Below, in pieces: positions 1-13,515 of a stretch of 64,000 bases of DNA. The translations under genes were made by a program, and so were the position numbers. Positions within the stretch are counted from its first letter, which is position 1. Every line of letters starts with the position of its first letter. The notes beneath the pieces were generated by a model. The model ran no database searches. It was not told the origin of the DNA and saw only the letters and a program-made list of their open reading frames with translations. Source of the DNA: Camelus dromedarius (Eukaryota); NCBI RefSeq assembly GCF_036321535.1, contig NC_087437.1:50284001-50348000 (forward strand). Direction: 5' to 3'.

Positions 1-294
1 TTTTTCACCTCCTTGGCTAAATTTACTCTTAGGTAAATAATTTTAAATGGGATTTTTAAATTTTTCTCCTTCTGATATTTCATTGCTAGTATAAAGAAAT
101 GCAGCAGATTTCTGTATAGTAATCTTGTATCCTGCTATCTTGCTGAATTCATTTATTAGTTCTAACAGTTTTTGTGCAGTCTTTAGGGTTCTCTATATAG
201 AGTATTATATCACCTGCAAATAGTGACAGTCTTACCTTTACCCTTCCAATTTGAATACCTTTTATTTCTCTTTCTTGTCTGATTGCTATGGCTA
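1..294 (-). mobile_element. L1 ORF2 (reverse transcriptase region) fragment, continues beyond window start
   Basis: Minus-strand translation [31 protein letters not shown] resembles the L1 RT LFADD motif region (here FAGD). Confidence 0.9.
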
Positions 295-2001
295 ATGTCC
301 TCCCTTTTTCTATTGTACTGTATTTAGTGTGGTAGTAATAGGAGGCAGTGATAAATACTAACATGTACCCCAGGCTTCACATATTACACAAGACTAATAA
401 TGGCTAGGAGAAATCTTAGAGAACACTTGCTCTTGCCTCTTTAGTGTACTGGGGAACTAACTAAGACCCAGAGATAGGGGAGTGAACATAAATTTTACTT
501 TATGAGAACTGAAGAGACACTTGAAAATGTAAATGAAGATCAATCCACTGCATGACCACACTTGTTTATTTGTCAACAAACAACTCCTGCAGATCAGACC
601 TTCAACCACTCCAGACCAACCTGGCCCTCACCATGAAGACACTGTGGTGCAATTTCAGAAAGTAAGCTCACTCCATTCTGCTACTCATAGCTGCCTCTTG
701 CCTTAATATGGTGTTTTCTGAATTGAGATACACATGTGGTAAAGAATATACTGTATATTATAGGAAAATATAACTGATATATCAAGTTCATGAATTCATC
801 AAGATTATTGTTCAGGATAAGACTATAGTTAATGTATCAGTGGCATTCCACCTTAAACAATGCATTTTTAATTTTAAGTATAGAATTCAGAGATACCTGT
901 GAACCTTCTACATAGTCAGACTTACACTTGAAAATCAATTGACATACTGCAGTAAACTTGCAAAACAAAAACCTTGACTGCTCTGGATATGTATGAAAAT
1001 TTAAGAGAAAAATTTTATAAAATTTCGAAGACTGTCAATCTCATTAATGTCAGGCCATCGATCCCTTTGCTGTTTCAGTTATCTTTTTAAAGAGATGGAG
1101 CTCATTGACTTTCACTCAGTAATATTCTCACTCTTTTATCTGTTTTGTAAGAACCTTCAAGTCTCTTCTGTATGTAATCTTCACTCTGCCAAATTGTATG
1201 CATGACTTGTGTTGGTGTTAAAAGATAATTGCTCATATGAACATTCTAAATCTTATCTTCCATGGCGAGTTTACATCCATATGCAAGATAAAGTCAAAGG
1301 GAAGATCAAAAAAACTGGAACTGTGAGGAACATTGCTTGATCGTGGTAAGATAGGTTTTGTTGTCTGAATTACCTTTTTAAAATTTAACTGAAGAACTAG
1401 TTGTAAATATTTTAAACCTTATTAAAGAGACACTTAAGAAAAAGGCCTCAGATTTCCTGTTCTGGCAGTAAGAAGAACTAAATATTCTGAAAGGTCCTCC
1501 CACCATAAAAACAAGTAGATCCTGGATAAACTATCCTTTATTCATTTCTGAATTTGTAAGAAAAGGGGGGTTTTTCAGGATACTCTCTCCAAAAATAAAT
1601 CTAAAAAATGCAAAATGATGAGCAGTAATAAAAAGGGAAAGGTAGACTGGCCTAAAGACACAAGCCAGTATTAGAGCTTTGATGGCTGAACTAAGCCTTG
1701 GGCTAGAAGCAGGTACAAGAGTTGAATTTGAGAGTCCCACATTAAGCTGATATTCTCAAGGGGAATTACAATGTTCCAGGCCAGTAGTCTCCCTGTTTTC
1801 TCGCAAAAGCACAAATAAATGTTTTCTGGAGAAAACCATCCCCATCTTATTGCCACAAGATTCCCACAGATTAAGAGCAAGCAAATATGAGCTAAAATCC
1901 AAAATCAGACAATATACATGTAAAGAAGACATCATTATTACAAATCATTTGTAACTACAAATATTCAAGTCTCCAAGGAATTAATATTTTGGAATTGTCA
2001 G

Positions 2002-2184
2002 GGGGTGGAGGTGGGGAGTATAGCTCAGTGGTAGAGTGTGCACTTAACATGCCTGAGGTCCTGGGTTCAATCCCCAGTACCTCCATTAAAATAAATAAAT
2101 AAATATAATTACCTCCCTCCAAAAAATAAATAAATAAAAATTTAAAAACAGTAAAAAATAAATTTTTTAAAAAAGTGAAACCTA
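2002..2184 (+). mobile_element. tRNA-Ala-derived camelid SINE (vic-1-like)
   Basis: A box TAGCTCAGTGG, B box GGTTCAATCC, A-rich tail; perfect 19-bp TSD AATATTTTGGAATTGTCAG at 1983-2001 and 2185-2203. Confidence 0.92.
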
Positions 2185-4547
2185 AATATTTTGGAATTGT
2201 CAGACAGAGAATATAAAATTTCTATTTATAAACTGTTCAAATAATTAAAGATGTTTTCAGAAAATGAGTACTGTTAAGAAACTGTCAAAAATATTTTGCA
2301 TATTTGAAAAATAAAAATAAAAAGAACTTTAGGAAATAGAAAATATAATTATTGAAAAAGAAAATTTAATGGATGGTTTAGATTTTGCAGATTAGATGTG
2401 AGTGAAGAGAGAGTTAGTGAAATGGAAGAAGTATCTGAAAGAAATATTCAGGATCCAGTATATTGAATAAAAAGAGAAAAAAGACAGAGATTGAAAGTTG
2501 TGGAGGATAAAATGAAAGACTTTAAAATACATCCAGACATAATTCTAGAGAAGGAAATAGAGAGAATGGCAGAACTGCAATATTTGAAGAGAAAATGATC
2601 AAGAATTTTCTAGAATTGATGAGATATATAAACTCATAGATAAAGGAAGTCAATATATAATAAGCAAGATAAATAAAAAGAAATCCACAAAAACACACAT
2701 TACAGTGAAACTGCAGATGACAAAAGACAAAAAGATTTTAAAAGCAACCTGAAGTAAAAGAAATGATATTTAGACTCTCAACAGTAACAACAGAAAGCAG
2801 AAGTTTGGGAAATAATAACTGCTTGATTAAAATAAATTAACTGTCAACTTAAAATCAAGTACTTAGCAAAACTATCTTGTCAGAAATAATTTTAAAAAAA
2901 AGACATTTTCAATTGAACAAAAACCTAGAGTTTGCTATTAACAGATCTTCACCATAGGAGCTTCTAAAGAATGTGCTTCAGGAAGAAAGAAAATTATGGC
3001 TAAAGGAAAGTCTGGAATGCAAAATGAATAATGAATAAATTGATAAAGATGTAGATAATTTTTAAATGACTGTATGTATAAAAAAAAGAAAGAACAAGGA
3101 GGAAGATTAGGGAAAAAAGAGGAAAGAGTGGAGGCGATCTAATTTATAGTGTTTGAAAAATAAAGTATAGAACTAAAGTTCTAATCTCCAGTAGCACTGA
3201 GAGATTTATCAGTCTCCAAAGTTAGATTTTGATTCACTAATCAGAAGTAAGTAGCTAGCTGATGGAAGCTGTTCCAAGATCCTAGCATTTTTCAGGAGCT
3301 CATTTAACATACTAACTTACTTTAAACTTACTTAAATTTAAGTTAAATTTCATGTATGATAAAAATTTTTATGTTAATTACTAAAAGATTATAATATGTT
3401 ATTTTTACCTAGTAGAGGGGAAAAATTAGTTAAGAAAAAACTTTAGCCAAAAAAACTGAATTAACTTTAAAAAGGCAAAGGAAGGAAAGAAACAAATGAA
3501 ACAGATAAGGGAAAATTTACATTGATAGGAACAAGTCCAAATATATCAATAATAATAATAAATATAAATGAATTTAACACACAATAAGAGAAAAAAATCC
3601 ATTTCTTTTATCTACCTAAACCATTTATTATAGTCATACCTAAAGTATATAAATGTAGAAAGGTTATAAGAACAAAGATTTAAAAAGAAATACCAGACAA
3701 ATACCAAAACAATGCAGAGATCACCACACTAATAGTACATAAAAGAAAACATAAGACAAAGAGTGTTATTGGAAATAGAGAAGTTTACTATGTAATGATA
3801 AAAGTTTTCAGTTCACTATGTGATTATAACAATTTTAAACTTGAATGAACATAATAAAATTGCCTCAAAATCATCATAGGATATGTTAGCACACCTCCAG
3901 TAATTATTAGTGGTCTAGAATACAATAAATTAATATGGATAAAGAATATTTAAAGAACATATATAACAAAATTGCTATAATTAATATAATATTAATATAA
4001 TAACATTTTAAATTATATATCTTACAACTAGAGAATACACAGTCTTCTCAAGCTTACAAGCAATATTTCTAAAATTCCACACTTAACTCAGCCATGAAGA
4101 AAGTCTCAACACATCTCAAAGAATCAGCATCATAAAGACTATATGTTGCAGCAACAATACAGTTGAAAAGAGAAAGGACACTAATACAAACTTGATGGAA
4201 GACTTCAAACCACACATTCAAGAAGTCCTATGCAACGTAATCAGAACAGCTACAAAGAAAAGCAGAACCAGCATATCAGAGCAAGAGCTAAAAACCAAAG
4301 ACAAGAAGCAAATTTTAAAAGCAGCCCAAAAGATCTATTATCATCAAAGGGACAACAGTAAGATGAGTAGCCATCTTCTCAACAGAAACCATACAAGTCA
4401 GAAGAAAATGTGCTAGAAGAGAATAACAGTAACCTAGTTTCCTATTCACCAAAAATATCCTTCAGAGATACAAGCAAAATAAACAGATTCAGACATACAA
4501 AAATTGGGTGAATTCATTCCTAGCAGACCTGCTTTAAAGGAAATGCT

Positions 4548-4680
4548 GGGGGGAAGGTATAGCTCAAGTGGTAGAGTGCATGCTTAGCATGCTTGAGGTC
4601 CTGGGTTCCATCCTCAGTACCTCCTCCAAATATAAACAAATAAATAAACCTAATTACCTCCCCCTCATTAAAAAAAAAAA
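4548..4680 (+). mobile_element. vic-1-like SINE
   Basis: tRNA-Ala-like head, AATAAACCTAATTACCTCCCCC body, poly(A); flanking AAATGCT at 4541-4547 and 4681-4687. Confidence 0.9.
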
Positions 4681-4910
4681 AAATGCTAAAGGGTGTTCTT
4701 CTGCCAAAAAGGCAAATAATCCCAGATGGAAGCTCAAAGGTGCAAGAACAACAGAGAGAATATAGGGCTAAATATAAACGAATCTTTCCTATCTAATAAG
4801 AATATTGCCTTATAGGGTATTAAATGTATACATTACAGAAATAATAGCACAGAAGGCAAGAGAAACGTAAGTAGAGTCAAAGAGTAGATATGAAGCCTTT
4901 GTATGTAAGA

Positions 4911-5110
4911 CAGTGGCTCTCAAAATGTAGCCCCTAGGTCAACATCATTAGCATCTTAATAAATCATTAGGATGCAGATTCTCAGGCCTCACCCCAGACC
5001 TGCTAAAGCAGAAACCCAGGACCCAGCAATCTGTGTTTTAACAAACCCTCAAGGCAATTCTGAATCTGTGCTCTCAAGTTTGAATGCATGCTTAAGTTTG
5101 AGAACTACTA
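4911..5110 (+). mobile_element. MER5A-like hAT-Charlie non-autonomous DNA transposon
   Basis: Imperfect terminal inverted repeats CAGTGGCTCTCAAA ... TTTGAGAACTACTA; internal ATGCAGATTCTCAGGCCTCACCCCAGACC motif. Confidence 0.8.
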
Positions 5111-5227
5111 ATTTCCATATAAATTTAATGATTCAAGTAACATGCTGTTATCTCTTGAGTAACCACTGTGAGGTTGGTAGTTCTGTCCCCTTTTTCACAC
5201 CCAGCATTGATGTGTGGCTTCTCTCTG

Positions 5228-6070
5228 TTTTTCTCAGTTGACTGGAGGTTTGTTAATTTTACTGCTCTCCTCAAATAACCTGCTTTTGATTTCATTGATT
5301 TTCTCTGTTATTTTTGGTTTCCTATTTCACTGATTTCTGCTATATTTACTTCTCCCCATATTCTGCTTACTTTAGGCTTGATTTTCTCTTCTTTTTCTAG
5401 TTTCTTAAGGTAGAAGCTGATAAAAGACATCTACAAAAAAAAAAAGAAAAAAGTACATTTAGTATCATCCTTAGTGATAAAAGACTGAGTACTTTCCCCT
5501 TCAGATCAGAAACAAGACAAGGATGTCCACTCTTACTGCTGCTATTCTGTTTCATAATGGAGATCCAATGGAATAAAGCAATAAAAGAAAGACAGAAAAG
5601 GCATACATATTGGAAATAAAGAAATAAGCTTTCCTTTATTTGCAGAAGACATAATTTTCTACGTAGTAAATTCTAAAGAACATACCAAAAAGACTAAAGT
5701 ATGAGTTTTGCAAAATATAAGATCAATTGTAATTCTGTATAATAGGAGTGAACAATTGGAAATAGAAATTTAAAAGCAGAATTATTTACAATAGCATCAA
5801 AAAAAAAACATGAAATGCTTAGGAATAAATCTAACAAAATAGTGCAAAACCCGTCTACTGCCAAGTATAAAACAGTGCTAAGAAAAATTAAAAAGCTAGA
5901 TAAATGTACTGAGTTCACAGACCAGAATATTCAGTATTATTAAGGTATCAGTTCTTGCCAAATGGATTCATAGATTCAACATATTCCCAATTAATAGCCC
6001 TGCTGGCTTTTTTTGGTAGAAATTGATAAGCTAATTCCACATTTTATATGGAAAAGAGAAAGACCTGGAA
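5228..6070. mobile_element. Old L1 ORF2 fragments in opposite orientations (about 5228-5418 minus, 5419-6070 plus)
   Basis: T-rich antisense ORF2-like tract directly abutting a sense RT-region tract (TTCCCCTTCAGATCAGAAACAAGACAAGGATGTCCACTC; TTATTTGCAGAAGACATAAT). Confidence 0.72.
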
Positions 6071-6592
6071 TAACCTGTTTCCTCACCAGCTGCCAACAGA
6101 GTCCCTATACCCAAATTTCAAACTATCTCATGGTTTACAGCTTTTCCCCAACTAAATCTATTTGTCCTGTACTCATTGCTCAATCTATTGTACATTGACC
6201 ATATAAAATCACATTTTATTAAGAGCAAGGGTTAACATTAATATACTCCAATAAAATAACTTTCCCATCTTGATTGGCTTGTTGGGAAGAATCAATAAAT
6301 TCATACTTAAATATGTGAATTTACCATATAATCCTTTTTTAAGAAAATAAGTGTGAATCTGTATTTTCTCACTCATAAGCAATGGAAGTAATGAGTGTAT
6401 GCTTTTCCATATTTTTCACGGCAGCTTCTGTCACTAACATCTGCTGCTCTAGTTTATATGATGTTCATGTGAAAATATATACCAGTTATTGTAAGCTCTA
6501 ACAAAAAGGAAGATAGGTAGAGCATGTGTGAACAAAAACCTTAAAATATGAATAGCAAGAAGTTATTTTAAAGCGCTACCTTTGTCACTTTC

Positions 6593-6975
6593 TGTTATGA
6601 CTAAAGTTGTGTTCTCCCAAGATCCATACGTTGAAACCCTAACCGTCAGTGTGACTGTACTTGGAGCTGGGTCCTTTAAAGAGGTAATTAAGGTTAAATG
6701 AGATCATGAGGGTGAGACTCAATCCAATATGACAGTTGTTGTCATAAGAAGAGGAAGAGACACCAGGGGGTCTGGTGAGAAAACGCCATGTGAGGACACA
6801 GCCAGAAGGCATCTGTCTACAAGCCAAGGAGGGAGCTCTGCCTCAGGAGAAACCAAACCTGCTGACACCTTGATCTTGGAGCTCCAGCTTCCTGAACTGT
6901 GAGAATATAAATTCCTATTGTTTAAACCACCCAGTCCCGGGTATTTCATTATGGCAGCAATAGCAGACTAAAATA
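6593..6975 (+). mobile_element. MaLR solo LTR, MLT1A/MLT1B-like
   Basis: Diagnostic GAGGTAATTAAGGTTAAATGAG, GCCATGTGAGGACACAGC and CCTGCTGACACCTTGATCTTGG motifs; TG start. Confidence 0.85.
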
Positions 6976-9573
6976 TAGTCCATCAAGAATTTGCCTCTAA
7001 TTTTTGCTTTACCTATTTCTGTGGATGTTTCTTTAAAATAATTAACCAAACTTCATGCCATTTGACCTCCTCACCCGGTACATTCCACCACCATTTGACC
7101 CAGTCATCTTTCCACCTCCTGTGTATGGCATGACTCCAAAGCCTCCCAGAAATCCAGGGTTGGTTTCTGCTGCATCTATTTGATTAGCTCATTTTGCAAG
7201 TTTCTGGGTCGATGCAGACCATCACAAAGCCCACTTGGCCAAGGGACAGAAATCAATAAGGAGGGAGACAGCAGGAGCAACGGGGGTTGGGTTCAGAAAT
7301 CTTGCCACACAGTGTGCTGGCTTTGTTGAGCTTCATGGCACAGGCCCATGTTCTGTAAACTTTTCATCTGCACACAAATTGCATTTCACAGCGATACTAA
7401 AAGGGTGGGTTACTGATGCTGCATGTGGGAGGTATGTGCACAAATCCTGTTATCAGATAATAGGATTACCATGCATGCCTCCTGAGCATGCTTTGAAAGT
7501 TTACTCCTCAATCTGCATATACAGCCACAGGCCAGCCATTTTACTGCACAACAAATAAAATTGCTGCCAAATTATTTTCAAAGCCACCATTATTTTCCTC
7601 ATTATTTCCATCATCGTTTCTGAGTTGAGCTGCAGCAACAGCCACAACCAGATGGGCATTTTCTTCTTCCCTCTCACATCCACACCGACACACCCCAACT
7701 CACCCAAGTAACACCAGAGTCTTTCTTACTATTTGTTCTGAAGCCCACAGGAAATTATGGGCCTTAAAGAAACTAAAGAGAAAAATTAATGGGAGAGAAA
7801 AAGAAAAGAAAATGCCAGGTGTTTTAGCAACATTGATGAGGTGTTGTCTTCAAAATTTATAACCATAAATTTCTTTCAAATAGTCATTTGCCATATGTGT
7901 TGTCATTGGCTTTGATTTAACCTTTTCACTAAGTCTTAGGTTATGGACAGCACAGGTGCAGGTTCAAAAATTTCACGTGCATGACTTCTGCCCCTTTGTG
8001 GTTGGGAAGACCTCATAGTGGGCTCCAGCTTCATCACCGGAGGAAATGGTTCTGGGTGGAGAGAACATGATCCAGAGGGCTGTGGTGATGGTTGATCACA
8101 AAGTCCTTGAACCAACCATCAGAATGCCCTGATCTGTCAAAGGTTTTTTTCTCTCAAATGTGAATTTATTTACTTGGAAATTATTCAAGGGATACAAATG
8201 AATCTCATTTATATGAATGTTTAATGAGTCATTTTTACTATAAATTATAAGAAGAGAAATACAAAATAAATACACAATTCAGTGAATTATATCTGTTTCA
8301 GATAACATATCAACACTTGCAATCTACAGTATCCTAAAATATCTAGGTTGTACAGTTACCTCCTGTACAAGATGAGCCTGAGGAGAAACTGTGAGACACA
8401 TAACATATTATTCAGTACCAACAACCACAGCTCCCCTTGTGCTATTCCTTCAAGACCCTCATGGAATCCTTTGACTGGACAGACCTTCTCCTTCAGCTGC
8501 CCTCTGCCTCCCAAGAGGGATCCTTGTTTGTTCCATATTATGTCCACTCATCCTTCTTTCTCTACCTGCCTCAGAGTTTGACTTTAAGTCTATGTTGTAA
8601 AAGAAGATTCCACTCCAGAACCCTTAGAGGTGTCACCCTGTTGTGATCATCAGTGTAGGCGTGGATGCAAATAAATGTTACTCACAACCTTCTTGACCCT
8701 GGCCAAACCCTAGGACTGCACTTAACCCTCGCCTAACAACCCTCTTGAATTTTATAGCAATCATACCCTTGCTTTACTTTATAGTTTTCCAATTTGGGGC
8801 TACTTCAGTTAATCCTGCTATAAATAATCTTGTACATGTATCCTGGTGAACATAAGCACACATTTCTTTAGGGCATATACTTAGGAGAGGAACTTCTGTG
8901 TCAAAGGTTGTGCAAATCCACAACACTACTGGATAATGTCAAACAGTTTTCTCGATTGGTTGAATCAGTAAACCATCCTCCACCCCACCAAAAGTATATG
9001 AAATTTCTGATTGTTCTATGTCTTTTCCAGCACTTCTTATGGTTAAAGTTTAAATTTTACCCAATCTGTTAAGTAGTTGTACCTCACTGTAGTTTTAATT
9101 TGCATGATCTTGATTACTAATGAGTGTGGATGTCTTTACATAATGTTTATTAGCCATTTAGACATCCTCTTTTGTGAACTGTCAGTTCAGCTCTTTTCCA
9201 TCTTTCAATCGGGCTGTCTGTTTGTTTTTTCATATTGAATTGTAGAAATTCTTTTTATATATGGATGTGAGCAATTAGATGTGTTGCAAATGTTTTCTCT
9301 TCTCTGTGACTTTCCTTTTCCTTCTCTTAATGTGTCTTCTGACACATGTAGCAAAATTTAGCAATCTTTTTTCCTGTGCCTTATTTTAAAATATCTTTCC
9401 CTAGCCCATGAGCAGGAAGATATTCTCCTAGATTATCTTCAAAAAGCTTTGTTTTTTATTTGACACTGAGAACTACTTTCTGCTTGTCATATTGTTAATT
9501 ATGGGCCAAATTTCTTTCCTTTTTTCTTTCTCTTCCTCTCCTCCTCTTCCTTCTTCTTTATTTTTGTTGCTGA

Positions 9574-9600
9574 TGGTGGTGGTGGTGGTGGTGGTGGTGG
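9574..9600 (+). repeat. (TGG)9 microsatellite
   Basis: Counted directly. Confidence 0.9.
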
Positions 9601-10050
9601 TGTTTAGTGATCAGATCCATAAACATGGTACATTTATGAAGTTGTCTTTATTTTCTTTCAATAAACTTTATAGTTTTCTTCACAAAGGTCTTGCACTTTT
9701 TTTTTAATTTATACCTTGGGACATGACTTCTTAAGCTATTTTGAATGGTATCATTTATTTCCTCTTCTAACTATTGGTTGTTGATATATGGATATACTGT
9801 TAATTTTTATATTGATTTTGTATCCACTGCTTGATCTGGTTATTAATTCTAATAATTCATGATTACTTTGGATTTTGTATGTCAAAATCATATCATCTTT
9901 AAATAATGACAGTTTTGTTTCTTCCTTTCCAAAGTTATGTTTCTTATTTCTTTTTCTTACCTACCTAATGGCTCTCACTGGTACTCAGCTAAAATTCTGA
10001 ATAGAAATAGTAATAATGGGCATCCTTGTATTTTTCCTGATAGACTGATT

Positions 10051-10566
10051 TGTAACTATGGGATTTTAATTTATGGAGGTGACTAAGTGATGACATGAAG
10101 GTTAATGCTATTGAAAGAAGAATTTATTACTTTCATTTCCTGGGAGAAGGGGGCACATTACATCACATAGGACCACATGAGGAGCACCAAGTGTGGTCAG
10201 GAGACAGAGTAGGAAGGAGGGAAAAGCTGAGGCCCAGAACCCTTATTGGAGTTTCTGTGGGAAAGACAGGGCAGAGTGAACAGTTTAGGGTTAGCTAATA
10301 AGTGGTGGACTTTGGCCTGTGGGATCATCTCCAGCTACCTGGTTACTGGCCCTGGGATGATTTAGGCCAAGGGAAATATTGGATTAGTATGTGAGCATTA
10401 GGTAGAGGAGGTGGTTGGCTTGCACATGAGCGGCATGCTCCCAGGTAAGTTATTTACTAATTTTAGGAATTATCTAGCCCTGGGAGGCCAGCCTCTCCTC
10501 AACCAGCAAGATTTTTAAGATGCCAAATATCGTAAGATATAGAAAATATAAAACATGATTAATACA
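10051..10566 (-). mobile_element. Solo LTR, probably ERVL MER54/MER74-like, nested in L1
   Basis: TG...CA ends; CTGAT repeated on both flanks (10045-10049, 10567-10571); the host L1 resumes after it; TTTATT near the left end gives AATAAA on the minus strand. Confidence 0.7.
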
Positions 10567-11084
10567 CTGATCTCGAAGGGAAATCTTCCAATGTTTAATT
10601 AGTTCTCTGTTTTGTTATTTTAGATGTTCTTTAACCTTAAAAAGATCTTTTATAATCCTAGTTTTTCAATGGTATTTTTTCCTAGTTATGACCAAAAGTT
10701 GAACTTTATCAAATGTTTTTCCTGAATCAGTTGAGATGATTATATGACTTTCCTCATATAATCTGTTGATATGACTATTTACATTTATTCTATAAATAAT
10801 GAGCTTCTGATATTAAGCTATATTTTTATTTCCTAAAATAAACCCAATTTGGCCAGGATATACTCTGTTTTATATATTGTTGAATTTGGTTTGTTAAGAT
10901 TTTGTTAGAATTTTTGCAACTATATTCATAAGTGAAATTGGTCGGTATTTTTCCTTTGTGTGTGTGTGTGCAGTACCTATTAGATACTAGCACAAGATTA
11001 TGCTATAGTTTCCTGAAATTAGTTGGAAAATGCACCTCAGTTCCTGCTACTGAGGTTCATAGAGCTACTTATAACCTGGTTACC

Positions 11085-11520
11085 CATTTAACCAGTACTT
11101 ACTGAGGACCTACTATGTGCCTGGCCCTGTTCTAAGCTCTGGAAATTCAGCAGTAAAGCCCTGCCGTCATAGCGTCGACATTCTAATTGGAAAAAAGAGA
11201 TGACAACAAGTAAATGTATCTGAATAGAGTAAAGAAGTGAACTATATAAAATCCTGGTGAAGGGTTTCTTCAGCAGGTGAAGCAAGTTCAAAGCCCTGAA
11301 GCAGAAAAGAGCAGGGAGGATGGAACACCTGAGGCGGACTGAGTAAGATGGGGGCAGCAGAGGTGAGATCACAGCAGCCAATGCCAGATGGCATAGGGCC
11401 TGGTAGGTTTTATTCTAGGTGTAACGAAAAGCTCTTGTGTTCTGAGCAAGAGAGAGATTAGAAATGACTTCTATTTGTATTAAATTGCTCAGGCTGCTTT
11501 ATGGAAAGAGATTGTAGATC
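11085..11520 (-). mobile_element. L2 3' fragment
   Basis: TACTTACTGAGGACCTACTATGTGCCTGGCCCTGTTCTAAG and downstream L2-type motifs. Confidence 0.7.
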
Positions 11521-13004
11521 TTTTCTCCGATTCTGATTTAACACACTCCAATAAGTTCCTTTTCCCTCCTAAATTAGCTATAGTTATAAAACAAAAACAA
11601 ACAAAAATCCTAAGTAATGTAACCAGAGAGGGGACTGCAGAGAAATGTGAGGTATTTCATTAGAATTGGTGGGAGTCAGTGAAGAGCCCTGTTCATATTC
11701 CAGACTGGGAAACTAGCCGAGCTTGGTAGATAGGACTCAAGCCCTACCATCTTGGGTCTGGCCTCCCAAGCTCCCTGCTCCCTATTTGATACTGCCACAT
11801 CCACAGCAAGAGACCTGAGCCCCAAGCTGTTCTACAAACCATCCACTCCCCTGAAACAATCAAGGTCCTGTTTTCAACCTAGATCACCAGTCTTGATTTC
11901 TCCCTCCTTCATCCCTAGAGGGGGCTTTGATGTCCTCTGCCACCCAATGGTTTAGTTGAGGTCACCTCTGTCTCAGAATAGAAAAAGACTGCAACATGAA
12001 AATAAAGGAGGATAAAAACAGTTACAGATTACGCAAAAGAGGTAACCACTGAGTAGTGGTTGGACACCCGCTCAATCTTACTGCTGCAAAACAGCACACT
12101 TAATAGACTGGCACAAAACTTCATAGAACAGTTTTCTGAACACTCTTGAAAAATGAAGTAGGAGTAACACGATAATGGCATAAGTAGGAAGGCAAGTGCT
12201 CATGGTAAAATCTCTAAAGAAAATGGTTTCCCATTTCTAGATTAAGTGTGTGAACAGATGTTAAAAATGACATATCCTGAGATGGGCCATGAAATCAAAA
12301 TAGCCATTTTATTCCCATGTTTGGTAACATTTCATCTCTTCAGAATCCAGCTACCTAACTATTTCAGCTATCTAGAATACAGAGGAGACAGGTAGTAAAC
12401 AAAAAAATTACCCAAAGAACACAAATACATTTAATAAGGTTTGTTCACAAAAGACCTATATCTGTAACTCATAGGAGAGCCCCTTGCACTCTTAAGTGTT
12501 TTTTTTCTTATAGTTTGCTCATATTTCTCTCAGTTCTCTTTTATCTTTGTTTTTTTTTTTTTTCTGTTAGTTATACATAACATGGTGATAGTAGAGGTGA
12601 GAGATGGGTGCCATATGAAATACATAGGAAGCAACCAGAAATAACAGTCTGACATCAAGAGGCCAGAGTAAAAATTTTAAAATAGAGATACAATATCTCA
12701 AAAAATATGGCAGTTTAGATTTATTTCATTTGTGGGCAAATGTCACTGCAATTTTCAATTATGGCATTGCAGCACCACACAACAGCTGAAGTGCATAGTG
12801 ATTTCCCTTAAAGATCAAGAAAACGTTCAATTGTTTTCTTGAAAAGGGTAAGAAATGTGGGTCGCACAATAGGAAGAGTCCCACTAAGCATAGCCAAGAT
12901 TCATTTTGAACAACGAGGGCATGTGGGAGTGTAATTCACCTATTCCTAACCATGCTTTTACTGTAGCAGTTTTTCTTCTCTTCACCTGGTGATTAGATAA
13001 CACT

Positions 13005-13515
13005 CTAACATGAACTGGGGCTCTGAAATCAGATAGATCTGGACTCAGCTATTTAACAACTATATGACTTTGGACAAGTTATTTAGCTACCCTAAGCCTA
13101 GACTCCTGATCTCTAAAATGAGATAATTAGTGCCTGTCTTTTGGTGTCAATGTGAGAATGAAACAAGATGAAGCATGTGTGCACTTAGCCCACACAGTAA
13201 TTGCTCAGTAAGTGGAAACTATAACTTCTAGCATCTTAATGTTAGAGGCAGTGTTGCCTAATGACTATGGACTCTGCTGCCAAAATGTGCAAGTTCAAAA
13301 TTCAGATCTTGGCTTGGCTACTTACTTAACTGTGTGACCTTGAGTAAGTTACTTAATCTCTGTGTGACCCCATTTCTTGATCTTTAAAATGGAGATAGTG
13401 ATTGTACCTACCTCATCAGGTTGTTGGAAAGATTAAGTGAGTCAATACATAAAAGTGATTAGATCAGGGCCTGGCACGGTAAGCTTCATTTAAGTGTTGA
13501 CTGTCATTGTTATTA
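13005..13515 (+). mobile_element. Two tandem MIR SINEs (about 13005-13220 and 13248-13515)
   Basis: MIR core TGTGACCTTGAGTAAGTTACTTAATCTCTGTG..TAAAATGGAGATA seen twice. Confidence 0.8.

Larger units (their letters stand above)
1445..4900 (+). mobile_element. Old, degraded L1M pieces (5' UTR/ORF1, ORF2 endonuclease region, second ORF1-like piece), interrupted by two SINEs
   Basis: Strongly A-rich plus strand; ORF1-like tracts near 2380-2990 and 4170-4740; endonuclease-region-like tract near 3500-4160; all frames broken. Confidence 0.7.
8790..11030 (-). mobile_element. Old L1M (ORF2 3' half), interrupted by an LTR and a microsatellite
   Basis: T-rich antisense L1 motifs, e.g. TTTTAATTTGCAT..TGATTACTAATGAG, AATAGAAATAGTAATAATGGGCATCCTTGT, GAATCAGTTGAGATGATTATATG. 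Confidence 0.75.

Noticed and set aside
2012..2085. tRNA-Ala gene calls for the tRNA-like heads (also near 4550, 14330, 32690, 52810, 54890)
   Set aside because: Followed by SINE body and A-rich tails, several flanked by TSDs, with stem-disrupting substitutions: SINEs, not tRNA genes.
7501..7707. Short minus-strand ORF as a possible exon or retrocopy
   Set aside because: No recognisable protein similarity in the frames read, and no poly(A)/TSD or convincing splice sites.
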